From positions 1-64,000 of the IMG/VR virus record IMGVR_UViG_3300036981_000377: a stretch of 64,000 bases of DNA; one strand, written 5' to 3'. This document shows, piece by piece, positions 20,492 to 30,076 of the stretch. How positions within the stretch are numbered: position 1 is the stretch's first letter; every line of letters begins with the position of its first letter. The notes beneath the pieces are model-generated. The model did no database searches. It was not told the DNA's origin and saw nothing but the letters and a program-made list of their open reading frames with translations. The stretch comes from a virus. The position numbers and the translations under genes are program-made.

Positions 20492-21870
20492 TCTGCGAAC
20501 TGCCCAAGAGGATCTAGGTCAGCCGGCAACAAATCCTCGAGAGCGCCGGTAGCGGCCATAAGCTCGGGATTGTCGGTCTGATGATTCTTCCGCAATTCTT
20601 CCATGACCTGTTCGCGGTACTTAACGGCCGGGTCACAGACGGCATACTCATTAATACCGAGCAGGCCATGCAGCAAACCAGAAATCTTCTTATTCTCTTC
20701 GATCATTAGGGAAATTTCGACCTCAGGGACGGCATCCTGTTTCGAGATACCGAGCGCGTCAGAGAACACAAGCGGTACATCGGCGTTTTTAGTGCCGTGC
20801 TTGTACTCCAGATCGCAGACCTGTTTAAGAATTTCACCTAGTTTGGGGTCGTGCCCCGGCTGCGGCTTTCGATCCGGGTCTTGCAGGTCCATAAGCAGTC
20901 TGGTCGTGGCGGTGTGCCAATCCCAGAAATGATGCTGTTGCGCCATATACCGAGTCTCGTTGGACTCAGGGTCGTTGTACGCAATAGTCTTAGGATACCA
21001 AAGCAGGTTAACAAGAATACGCCGGCCGGGGGCGCCAAGATTGTTCTTAGTAGCAATAAGCCGGACTTGTTGCCCTTCCTGCCCATTGCGTTCAATCATC
21101 TTCGACGACACGCGCTCCATGTCGATAATAATCGTAGGATAATAATCTAGACTAGCGCCGCCGGGAGCATACTTTTTAGGCGGCCCAAAACCCGTCGAAT
21201 TAATCTCTTCTTTGAGATGATTAGTCGCCACAAAAGCAATTGGATAATGCCTTAAGGTCGGGACAAGCGCCGTACGCATAAAGTCAGATAAGTTACGGGC
21301 CAAGTACGGATGCCCCGAGGACGCGTGACCCTCCTCAGCTACTTTGTCCACTCGCCGCTCGACCTCTACAGCAGAAATGGAGTCTACGCCAATGCACATC
21401 GGGTAAACGCCAGAACCAGCGTCAGCTTGTTTGTGAATAAGCTGACACAAACTGATATACCGTTTCTGCCACTCCTCAACAGTTTCGGCGCCGACCACAA
21501 CAGCACGCTTCATGTGCTCCACGTTGTGCCCAAGCAAACCGTCAATCATGCTGCGGCTGCCTTTGTTCTCGGTATCAATCATGACACCGCCGCCGCCGTA
21601 AATTGTGAACCAGCGCATGATCTCGATAAGCAGGGCTGATTTGCCGGAACTGTACTTACCGCGAAGCTGCGTAAAACGGCTAAGAGGAAAAATAGTACTC
21701 TGCAATAAATACCGCGCAGATAACGCCGGCAGAGGCAAGCCGATGAGCGGGTCTTGCTCTTCAGCCGTAGCCTTTAGAATTTCCGTCATGAGCGGATGCT
21801 CACCAAAAGGCGCGGTGACATCTACTGTGGCCGTGCCGTCACCGCCTAAGCTCTTTTTCTTACGTCCCAT
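20488..21870 (-). CDS. recA: RecA/UvsX-like recombinase
   Basis: Walker A GKYSSGKS, IDTE, VDSIS, FVATNHLK, PGGASLDYY, KNNLGAP. Confidence 0.9.
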   Translation of the reverse strand: MGRKKKSLGGDGTATVDVTAPFGEHPLMTEILKATAEEQDPLIGLPLPALSARYLLQSTIFPLSRFTQLRGKYSSGKSALLIEIMRWFTIYGGGGVMIDTENKGSRSMIDGLLGHNVEHMKRAVVVGAETVEEWQKRYISLCQLIHKQADAGSGVYPMCIGVDSISAVEVERRVDKVAEEGHASSGHPYLARNLSDFMRTALVPTLRHYPIAFVATNHLKEEINSTGFGPPKKYAPGGASLDYYPTIIIDMERVSSKMIERNGQEGQQVRLIATKNNLGAPGRRILVNLLWYPKTIAYNDPESNETRYMAQQHHFWDWHTATTRLLMDLQDPDRKPQPGHDPKLGEILKQVCDLEYKHGTKNADVPLVFSDALGISKQDAVPEVEISLMIEENKKISGLLHGLLGINEYAVCDPAVKYREQVMEELRKNHQTDNPELMAATGALEDLLPADLDPLGQFAE

Positions 21871-21900
21871 GTGTAATCCTTGTGTCCGTGATTTCTGTGT

Positions 21901-21945
21901 AAAAAAGAGTCGGCCCAGCCCGATAAACGTGGACCGGGCCGACTC
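21901..21945 (-). terminator. Rho-independent terminator
   Basis: GAGUCGGCCC...GGGCCGACUC stem followed by U6. Confidence 0.7.
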
Positions 21946-21973
21946 AGAAAAATGACCGTTACCTACGGCTTAA

Positions 21974-23353
21974 TTAGTTGCCGTTACGCGCAGCCATAGC
22001 TGCAGTAGCACGAGCACGAGCTTCGGCTACCACATCATTAACACTGCTCTTGCCGTCGAACGGAGCCGACGCCGTCATACCCGCCTGAAGCTGCGCGAAT
22101 GCCGCTTCCGCTGCAGGATCAATCTCTGCAGCGTTTAACATGCCGCCCAAAGAAGGAGCCACCGACTGCTGTGAAACAACCGGAGGCGCAGACTGTGCCG
22201 TTGCGTGACCAGTAAACTGCGTCTGCGGCATCTGCACCGTCGTCGTATTCCCGCGGAGATAACGAAGGTACTCCGGGTGATCACGCCACGCAAAATCCAG
22301 CGCTTCGCGCGGGAACGCGTCAACCATCAAATCAGCCTGCTCCTCAAAGGTTGGGATGTACATGAGCTCGTCGAACGAGTTGTTCTGCGTGGCAATCTTT
22401 GGCGTGTAATTGCCAAAAGATACCTGCTGCCCGTTATACGTGTCATGCAATACAACCCAGTGCTGCTCGCCAGAGGTCTTGCCGTCCTGAGACGGGTTCG
22501 GCTTGCCAAGCACCACTGATTCGTTCGCGTTCTGCTGCGAGAAGGCGTACGGAGGAACATACAGATAATCAGGACCGTCAGACGAAATACCCAGCGGACG
22601 AGGCGGCTTTGGATGCGCCGTAACGCCAAAGGACTTCGACATGACGGTGATCAACTTTGTCGCGTTGGACGAGAGCATATCTCCGCAGAGATAGTTGCCG
22701 TTGCTGTCCTGCACGTGCAAAGAATTGAACAAACTTTCGCCTGCGGTTTTCTTAAAACCGAAGATGCGAGAGTTGCCCTCTTTCTGATCAGCTAAATCAT
22801 AGCAGCCAAAGCCAACCGACCGATCCGGCCGAGTATAAAGCTGCGTAGCACTTACAAAAATAATCTGCTCAGGCCGCTTCAGCGAACCGACATGGGTCTG
22901 CTGCTGAAAACCAGCCTGCCGGTTAAGCAGGTCGCAGAACAGAGCGCCGATGCCCGGCGTTTCCTTGTTCTTGTACGCCGCCCTGTAAAGCAACCACACA
23001 GGGCTTTCGTACCGATTGGTAGCCGGGTTTCCGTCCCACACAATAAAGTGCAGGCCGGGCTGCCCAAACCAAGAAACGCACTCATACGTGCGGCACCAAT
23101 CGCCAAAGCCTGCATTTTCGCGAAACGACGTCAGCACCGGAGTGCCGTCGGGATTCGTAAAGCGCTTGCCAGAATCATCAACTGCGTAGGTCGGAAGCAG
23201 CTTGAGGCACAAACCGTCATCCAACATCTTTTTGCCGCCAACAATAATAACATTTCGATTCTTGCCATAACAAAAACGTCGCTTGCCGTCTCCACCACTC
23301 GCGCTAGATGCCGAGCCAAAGGAAGCAAGATTTTGACTACTGTAACGAGGCAT
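21974..23353 (-). CDS. Hypothetical protein, possible single-stranded DNA-binding protein
   Basis: 459 aa between polA and recA; aromatic-rich body and low-complexity tail; has its own RBS and terminator. The SSB call is positional only. Confidence 0.4.
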   Translation of the reverse strand: MPRYSSQNLASFGSASSASGGDGKRRFCYGKNRNVIIVGGKKMLDDGLCLKLLPTYAVDDSGKRFTNPDGTPVLTSFRENAGFGDWCRTYECVSWFGQPGLHFIVWDGNPATNRYESPVWLLYRAAYKNKETPGIGALFCDLLNRQAGFQQQTHVGSLKRPEQIIFVSATQLYTRPDRSVGFGCYDLADQKEGNSRIFGFKKTAGESLFNSLHVQDSNGNYLCGDMLSSNATKLITVMSKSFGVTAHPKPPRPLGISSDGPDYLYVPPYAFSQQNANESVVLGKPNPSQDGKTSGEQHWVVLHDTYNGQQVSFGNYTPKIATQNNSFDELMYIPTFEEQADLMVDAFPREALDFAWRDHPEYLRYLRGNTTTVQMPQTQFTGHATAQSAPPVVSQQSVAPSLGGMLNAAEIDPAAEAAFAQLQAGMTASAPFDGKSSVNDVVAEARARATAAMAARNGN

Positions 23354-23399
23354 AACAGAAAAACTCCTTGGGAAAAAACTTGTCGGAACCGACTGCCGA

Positions 23400-23427
23400 A
23401 CTGTACCACAGAATCTGCAAAAGTCTA
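23400..23427 (-). promoter_or_regulatory. Possible sigma70-like promoter
   Basis: TAGACT-N16-TACAGT with TG extension, in the gap upstream of 23353. Confidence 0.3.
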
Positions 23428-23431
23428 GCCC

Positions 23432-26400
23432 TCATTTTTCGAGTAGCCAATGCATTCCGAGAGCCTCTATTTGCTCGCGTTTTAGCTTTTCGCCCCAGTG
23501 CACAAAGACGTCTCTGTCCATGCCAAAATGATACGGCTCCGGCACTGGAATAAGCCGCCCGTCAAGTCGGCGCGGCCAGAAGGGTACGTCGTCTATCATG
23601 CACAGAGGAATAACTTCTTTATAAACACGCTCGGCGTGCTCAATTGGAACTATGAGCATAATAGCGTCATGTATTTGAAGAGCTACGTCATACTTAACCT
23701 CAGGGTTAGCCACGCGATACCGCATAAAGTTGGCTAACGCTATAGATACGGCATCCGCAACACCGCCCTGAATAGGGAAGTTTTGCGCTTGCCGTTGTTG
23801 CTCGCCGATAATCCCCCGCTCGTGTTCCGGGGCAGGAATAAATCTACGAAACCGGCCGTAAGGTCCAACGAGCCAACCGGGATGTCTGGCCCTTTCTCGA
23901 CATTCTGCGAGGAACGTAGACGTGCCGGGATAAGAGTCAAAATAAGCGTCAATCATCGCTTGGCACTCATCGGGCGTTACGTTAACGCCTTCCTCTTTGC
24001 ACTGACGCGCAATAGCCTCAGAACCCCGGCCGTACGGAATACCGAAATTCACATTTTTTGCCGCGATGCGCAAACCTTTTTTACCCGCATTTACGAGTCC
24101 TGTTTTAGTGGGCTCGACATCGCGGAGATTGAAGGTCTTGCACGCCTGCCGCGAGTGGATGTCGTAATGATCTGGGTGCTCTTCCGGTAAAAGGTTTCGC
24201 CGGACGTGTTCAATCATATTGCTATCTTGCGACAACCACGCTAATACCGCCAGTTCCGCACCAGTGAGGTCGGTTTCAATCCCAACGCAACCTTCCGGGA
24301 CACGGAGGACTGACCGCACGGGATGCTGGTACCGTTCTTTGCCGAGAATACGTTTGTAGTCGTCTTCGCGGCGGGAACTGAGATTTTGAAGAGGCGGGCG
24401 AGAAGAAGACGCGCGACCAGTTTCTTTTGTCTGGAAAAGATGCGTCCGGACTTTTCCGTCAGCGTGGACACAACCAACCAGACCTTTTTCATACTTGTAA
24501 TTACCGCCGTCATCAGTCTCAAAATCTCCTTCTTCGGTTTCGTTCGGTTTTCGCAGTACGGACTGTAAGACCTGCGAAATAAACTTGTAGTCGCGAATCT
24601 TTGCCGCCGTCGGGTTGTTGTGCCCCAGGATGCCAAGACTTTCCTTGTCTGTGCTTGGAGGCGCCGTAACCTTCGCGGCGTCTGGGATATCTTTCCAGAG
24701 TTTAGGCCGCTTACCTGTTGTTTTAATTGGCTTCAGGTTAAGCGTTTTTGCTTCTTCAGGAACTGCAATTTTGTTAGTAAAATTTTTAATGAACTTGCGC
24801 CCAAATAACGCCACAGCCAACTGCGGGTGCGATTTTGGGTTAAACGCCGGCCAGTTTAATTCCTGCCGCACTTCTTCTAACAGCTGATCCTGCGTAAGCA
24901 TAAACAACTGCGTAAGTTCGTCGGCCCGGTCTTTGTCTATGACCAACCCCGTCATTTCCATTTCTAGGAACGCTAACGAGGCCTGATGCGCTGTCCAGTA
25001 CGGCAGCCAGCAATCATTGCGATACATGTCGGCGGACAGCAAACCGTCCGTACCGTCAGTGCCGTAAAATTGCAGCATAATTCGCCGCGTAACGTCGACG
25101 TCGTAGTTTGCGTAAGGATTTAAGATATGACTCGGGCAATTACCGTAACCGCCCAATTCATCTGCTTTAAGCTTGTTACGCGTGCAGTATTCTTTTTTCC
25201 ATTTGTCCAGTCGTTCCCAGTATATCGGGGCGGTTGTGAACTTCATGGAACAGCCATCTAAACCGTACTTTGCCGTCTCGTTGTAGGCGTGATACAGAAG
25301 ACTTGTATCCCAGCCGCCGCGGAGCCTGTTTTCGGGGTCGTTGTCGGGCGCGTATTCCGGCCGGACATCCACACCAAAATCAATCAGCCACGGTAAGTCA
25401 GCGCGGAGAAAGTGCCCACCAACCCGCACGTGCCGCTCTGGTGTGCTCTTCAATAAACGAAGAAGCTCAGTTCGAACGCCGTCTAGATCGGGCCGGAACG
25501 CTAACGCCCCGCCTTCGTACCGCAACACAATTGTTCGCGCCCACCGATCTTTATTAGAAATCTGGATGGTGCGCAAATAAGCACCCGGCTCAGTTGGGTA
25601 CTCGCCGTGCCACTCACAGTCGATGGCGATGATGTTGGCGTTAGGGGCTTTATCCGCAATCATCGCGTCAACTGTTTCACGCAGACCGTCGACGGTATAA
25701 ATCTCAGCGTGGTCTACAACGTCTTCAACGTTTAGCGTGTTTTTGGTTAAAGAAATAAACCGCTTGATATGCTCTCGCAACTCTTCGTACGCGTCAGGGC
25801 GCCGAGAAACAAAAGCAGGATGCAGCGCCGTCATAACCTGAATAGAATGCTCGGTCCCGTCGGGCATTGGCACCACAATATTGCCGACACGCCCGCCTAA
25901 TTTGGTCGGGGTGCCAAACACAGCCTTCGCGGCATCAGCGCCAAGGCACAAAATATAATCTGGCTTTACGAGCCGCAGCTCTTGAGCAAGCAACGGCGCG
26001 CAGTTTTTAACCCACGACGCTTGAATCGTATCGATTGATATGTCCGGCGAACTAAACTTACAGGCAAAAGTTACATACCATTTTGAATATTCGTCAATTG
26101 ATACGTGGCAGTCGGCTAGCGCGTCTAATAACTTTTCGCAGCCTTTTCCAGAAAGAGCGTCCCTAGTGTTGAGATTATCGCTACCGGGGATCTTGCCAAT
26201 AACCATAATCCGCGCAGGCTTAGGGCCGTAGATAATCGGCTCTTCCCGAATAATATCATAGTCGCGAATGAAGTTACCGATTAGATGCCCCGGAACAAAC
26301 TGGGCATCAAATAGGCCGCGCTTGCTAATAACCTTTAGAGAAAAATGTTCGTCGTACATAGCGCGACGATACAAATAATCAAGATGTTTGCTGGTTGGAA

Positions 26401-26587
26401 CAATCTTCTTTTTCTTCAGCGCATCCTGATCAATCTCGTCGCCCAAGTCGATGGCGTGTTGCACAAAATCTCCGCCCGGGGGCGGCATGCCCGGAGCGTC
26501 AAACGGTACCGCAGGATAAAGCTCCTCGAGCTTCTCCTGTGCCGCGGGATCATTTAACGCCGCTGAAAAATGATGTTCCAAACTCAT
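23432..26587 (-). CDS. polA: Family A DNA polymerase with N-terminal uracil-DNA-glycosylase (family 4)-like domain and 3'-5' exonuclease
   Basis: UDG-like: ARIMVIGKIPG, QELRLVKPDYILCLG, LHPAF. Exonuclease: AIDCE, ADLPWL, WDT, YANYD. Polymerase: TGRASS, DLTGAELAVLA (motif A), KNVNFGIPYG (B), QIHDA (C). Confidence 0.95.
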   Translation of the reverse strand: MSLEHHFSAALNDPAAQEKLEELYPAVPFDAPGMPPPGGDFVQHAIDLGDEIDQDALKKKKIVPTSKHLDYLYRRAMYDEHFSLKVISKRGLFDAQFVPGHLIGNFIRDYDIIREEPIIYGPKPARIMVIGKIPGSDNLNTRDALSGKGCEKLLDALADCHVSIDEYSKWYVTFACKFSSPDISIDTIQASWVKNCAPLLAQELRLVKPDYILCLGADAAKAVFGTPTKLGGRVGNIVVPMPDGTEHSIQVMTALHPAFVSRRPDAYEELREHIKRFISLTKNTLNVEDVVDHAEIYTVDGLRETVDAMIADKAPNANIIAIDCEWHGEYPTEPGAYLRTIQISNKDRWARTIVLRYEGGALAFRPDLDGVRTELLRLLKSTPERHVRVGGHFLRADLPWLIDFGVDVRPEYAPDNDPENRLRGGWDTSLLYHAYNETAKYGLDGCSMKFTTAPIYWERLDKWKKEYCTRNKLKADELGGYGNCPSHILNPYANYDVDVTRRIMLQFYGTDGTDGLLSADMYRNDCWLPYWTAHQASLAFLEMEMTGLVIDKDRADELTQLFMLTQDQLLEEVRQELNWPAFNPKSHPQLAVALFGRKFIKNFTNKIAVPEEAKTLNLKPIKTTGKRPKLWKDIPDAAKVTAPPSTDKESLGILGHNNPTAAKIRDYKFISQVLQSVLRKPNETEEGDFETDDGGNYKYEKGLVGCVHADGKVRTHLFQTKETGRASSSRPPLQNLSSRREDDYKRILGKERYQHPVRSVLRVPEGCVGIETDLTGAELAVLAWLSQDSNMIEHVRRNLLPEEHPDHYDIHSRQACKTFNLRDVEPTKTGLVNAGKKGLRIAAKNVNFGIPYGRGSEAIARQCKEEGVNVTPDECQAMIDAYFDSYPGTSTFLAECRERARHPGWLVGPYGRFRRFIPAPEHERGIIGEQQRQAQNFPIQGGVADAVSIALANFMRYRVANPEVKYDVALQIHDAIMLIVPIEHAERVYKEVIPLCMIDDVPFWPRRLDGRLIPVPEPYHFGMDRDVFVHWGEKLKREQIEALGMHWLLEK

Positions 26588-26597
26588 AGCAATTCCT

Positions 26598-27638
26598 TTA
26601 GGTCAAAGCCTCTAAAACACCCGCTGACGACGCCTGATCAAGCAACATATCTGTAAGGTCGCTTACTGAATAATCTGCAGGGTCGCGAGAGTCGGGCAGC
26701 ATAATCGGCACAACGTGCATCGCCTGTTGTTGCAATAAAATTTTTGCCTGCTCTGTTTCAGTTTGCGCGTCATTATCGAGCAGGAGAAACACAGGCTTAT
26801 CGCGCCATGTCTTGGCTATCAAATTCTGCTGCAGCATAGACATGCTCTTGCCAAACAAACACACAGCTGCAGCACCTAAGCGCCACACTGACGGAACGCC
26901 CTCGACAACGATCACATAAGGCTGGGTAGCCGCCTGATCGTAGTTGTAAAGCAAAGCCGACTTGCGCATATTTGGCGCATTTAAATACTTAGGCGTCGAT
27001 GCTGACTGAATAGCCCGGCACTGCCACCCAACTAAAGCGTTACGATACGTAACCGGAATATACAGCCGGTCAAGCATAAGCGCCGATCGCGGATCAGATA
27101 CTTTGCCGACATAGCCTACGCCAAAATTAAGCGTAAGCCAATCTGGATCAAATCCGCGGGCTTGGACATACAATCGCGCGGGATGCCCCTCTGGAAGGTC
27201 GCTAAGCCTTGTGATCTCACCCGGCGGCTCCACAGGTTTAGGCTCAAACATAGATGTTACTGGGCGCACCGGTAACGGCCGTGGGCGCATATTACGCCCA
27301 ACGCCGAATATAATTTGCTCCAGTTGTTCCAGCCTGCCCGGCTTCTTTTCAAAGTTACAGTTGTAGCACGACGCCAAATGAGTTAGCTGGCGGCGGCCAA
27401 AATTTACTTCAGATGCATAGCGGTGATTAACCCACAGACGAGGAGAATGGTCATTACAAAACGGACACCGTATGCAATAGTATTCGCCCCAAGAGGCCCC
27501 GTGGATAATTTTTCGTCGAGGATTAGTAGGATCAGGGAGCCGGCTAAAGTGAGCAGAACAACCCTCATTTGATATTTTAACTTCCCCAAATTTTTGCTGT
27601 AACAAACTGTATAAGACCGGATTTAACGGTTCATGCAT
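26598..27638 (-). CDS. DNA primase (Zn finger + TOPRIM)
   Basis: CPFC...H...CYNC, KYLN, VVEGVPS, LLDND, RDPAD. Confidence 0.9.
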   Translation of the reverse strand: MHEPLNPVLYSLLQQKFGEVKISNEGCSAHFSRLPDPTNPRRKIIHGASWGEYYCIRCPFCNDHSPRLWVNHRYASEVNFGRRQLTHLASCYNCNFEKKPGRLEQLEQIIFGVGRNMRPRPLPVRPVTSMFEPKPVEPPGEITRLSDLPEGHPARLYVQARGFDPDWLTLNFGVGYVGKVSDPRSALMLDRLYIPVTYRNALVGWQCRAIQSASTPKYLNAPNMRKSALLYNYDQAATQPYVIVVEGVPSVWRLGAAAVCLFGKSMSMLQQNLIAKTWRDKPVFLLLDNDAQTETEQAKILLQQQAMHVVPIMLPDSRDPADYSVSDLTDMLLDQASSAGVLEALT

Positions 27639-27656
27639 ACCTACACCGTAAGAGGC

Positions 27657-29342
27657 TTAAAGAAAATCTTGGCTAAAAGTGTCTGCTTTGAATCGAGAAA
27701 TTGACGCGCCGCCACGAGCACCTGCACGCTCGCCGCCCTTGAACTCAGCTACCGCGTCCATTGGGAGGATCTTCTTAGCGCCGGCGTGCACAATATATTT
27801 GTCTGTAACTAAATTAACGTCGACGTAATGATCGTGGATACGAACCAACCCCATTGGCGAAGTTGGCACCGTAGCGCGAATCTTCGAGTAGTGGATGGTG
27901 CACACGCGAGAATCAATATCGCGAACTCCGAGACAAAAGCAAGAGTGCAAATTTTCAGCGAAGCTTTTGCCGCCCTGCGAGTCGTGGTGATGAATGTATC
28001 GGCTTGGCGGGTACGTTCGAATGTCGCCCGGGGCCAGCTGATGAGCAATTAAAATTGTGGCGTTAAACTTGTCGGAAATGTAACGCCGCAGTTGATCTGG
28101 AAGAAGCTTAATATACCGCCACATGTTTTCCTGCAATTTCGCCGTAGCGGCAAAATTGTCAGAAGCTATCATGCGCTCAATCATAAGACCGGCGTAGTCG
28201 ATGGCAATAAAGCCAATTTCGCATTTGCGCTCTTCCTGAATCCTGTGCAGAGCCTCGGCCAACTCTGCAGGCCCGCCGCCGCCACGAGAGCCATGCGCGC
28301 TGCTGTGAGCAAAGTCGAGGTACACGAAGTTTTTGTTGTACCACTCGCCAATTGAGTGCCAACGCTCCCGCTCTCCAAGAAAGATTTTGCCGTTCTGGTT
28401 CTCAGGGAGCTTGAACTCGTAATCTTTAAGATTCGTGCTTGTCGAAAAGTTGTCCCAGAAGTTGCTGGTTTCTCGAGTAACGAACAGTTTCCGATCAATA
28501 TGCGCCGCGGCCGACCAGCAAAGATGTTTAGTCTTGTCTGCCCCGTCTTCGAAGCCCACGAATACAGCCAGTTTATTCTGCTCTGTAAGATAGAAATTTT
28601 CAGCAATACGGACAGCAGCAGAAATAAGCATCGTCGTCTTGCCACCGCCGAACGGCGCAAGACAACCGACCAAATCGCCGGGCCTGATGCCGCCAATAAA
28701 CGTATCAATCCACGGCACGTTTGTTGGCTCTGGCGGAGGTGGAAGCTCAATTGGGCTACCAAATTCAGGCAAAGCAGCCGCGTTCTCTACAACAGCACCT
28801 ACGTGCCTAACTCGCTGAGACTGCTGACAAAATCCGTCCAGCAACTTGTCGATGTCTATAGGTGCAGCGTCAAATGTACTTTGATTTAAAGCCGTCTGCA
28901 GCTCATTTTTAATCAGGCGAGTATTTAGAAATCGCCGAATAATATCTTCGCAGTAACTGCGCTCTGCTCGGTGCTTGTCAGCATCAGGCACAGGCGTGTC
29001 AAAAGCCTCGGCAATAAACCCGGGGTTAGTGTCGCTACCGATTAGGAACAAGACATCTTCGTTAGACAGCGACACTTGTTGCCGAATAGCCAAATTTGCA
29101 ATGTGGTTCAGCAGCATTGATTTGGTCATAGACCCGTGCGCCTCGGTAAGGTCGCACATGGCTGAGAACATCGCGTGATACTTAATTTCACTGAGCGCAA
29201 GCGCAAAATGCTCAGCTTTCAAACCAGCCCGCTGCGCTTCTCCTAGAAGGCGGTCGTGCCGGATAAAACTGCGGAGCATAGCCTCAATTTCAGGGGCCGT
29301 TATTGGCGTAACGTCTTGAATCAAACCAGACTGATAATTCAT
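27657..29342 (-). CDS. DnaB-like (SF4) replicative helicase
   Basis: Walker A APFGGGKTT, VGFED, IAIDYAG, LIAHQL, SKIR; adjacent to primase. Confidence 0.8.
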   Translation of the reverse strand: MNYQSGLIQDVTPITAPEIEAMLRSFIRHDRLLGEAQRAGLKAEHFALALSEIKYHAMFSAMCDLTEAHGSMTKSMLLNHIANLAIRQQVSLSNEDVLFLIGSDTNPGFIAEAFDTPVPDADKHRAERSYCEDIIRRFLNTRLIKNELQTALNQSTFDAAPIDIDKLLDGFCQQSQRVRHVGAVVENAAALPEFGSPIELPPPPEPTNVPWIDTFIGGIRPGDLVGCLAPFGGGKTTMLISAAVRIAENFYLTEQNKLAVFVGFEDGADKTKHLCWSAAAHIDRKLFVTRETSNFWDNFSTSTNLKDYEFKLPENQNGKIFLGERERWHSIGEWYNKNFVYLDFAHSSAHGSRGGGGPAELAEALHRIQEERKCEIGFIAIDYAGLMIERMIASDNFAATAKLQENMWRYIKLLPDQLRRYISDKFNATILIAHQLAPGDIRTYPPSRYIHHHDSQGGKSFAENLHSCFCLGVRDIDSRVCTIHYSKIRATVPTSPMGLVRIHDHYVDVNLVTDKYIVHAGAKKILPMDAVAEFKGGERAGARGGASISRFKADTFSQDFL

Positions 29343-30076
29343 CCTTGCCTCCAGTACATCCTTATTTCCTCAACTGCTGACAATAATGGTTTCGTTATGC
29401 ACCATTCTACCACTCGAGAATACAAACGCTGATTCGATTCATATTCAAACGCCGCCGGCCACAAAAATTTTTCCGCCGCGTCACGTGCTTGAAATAAATC
29501 AGCAAAGCCGTGCCGAAAAAATGGCGGTGCCGTTACGTAACCCTCGTCGCAAATAACGCATGCGTACTGGTCAGTTTTTGATAAATTAAACTTAGCCAGA
29601 CTTTTTAAGCGTAAGTTAATTGTGCGACCAGCAGTTTCATAGTTTTGCTGAATAAACCCTGGCATAAACTCGCAGTACTCTTGATATATTTGCTCTGAGT
29701 TTTTGCTGCACAACTGCGTAGGCGAAATGTCGCGAACCTCGAACGATTCGCGAATGCTCACGTACTTAGAGACAGCCACCGGCGAAAAATGAGCCGCGAC
29801 CCACGCCCCGGGATCTGCATCACAAGCCGTAATCATCTTTACGATTCGCGGCCACACGGGCGTAAACTTACACCCGAAAGAATCTTCACCGCCGTCCCAC
29901 CGCGGCACGCGTTTTGTCTGCTCTGGTTTATCCAGCTGCGTGGTGCCTTTTTGCCGCCAAATATAAGAGTAGCGAATGTAGGCAGCTAACTGATTTGGCT
30001 GCAGTAGCCTAAACCAGTCCGGCGTTAAAATGGGATTTAACCCATTATGTGTCTCTCCAACTACGCTGAGCGTCAT
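29339..30076 (-). CDS. Hypothetical protein in the replication operon
   Basis: 245 aa between two helicases. Confidence 0.7.
   Translation of the reverse strand: MTLSVVGETHNGLNPILTPDWFRLLQPNQLAAYIRYSYIWRQKGTTQLDKPEQTKRVPRWDGGEDSFGCKFTPVWPRIVKMITACDADPGAWVAAHFSPVAVSKYVSIRESFEVRDISPTQLCSKNSEQIYQEYCEFMPGFIQQNYETAGRTINLRLKSLAKFNLSKTDQYACVICDEGYVTAPPFFRHGFADLFQARDAAEKFLWPAAFEYESNQRLYSRVVEWCITKPLLSAVEEIRMYWRQG

Noticed and set aside
23432-29342. Inteins or introns in polA, primase or helicase
   Set aside because: Catalytic motifs are contiguous with normal spacing, no intein splice motifs are seen, and the extra PolA length is explained by the UDG-like domain.
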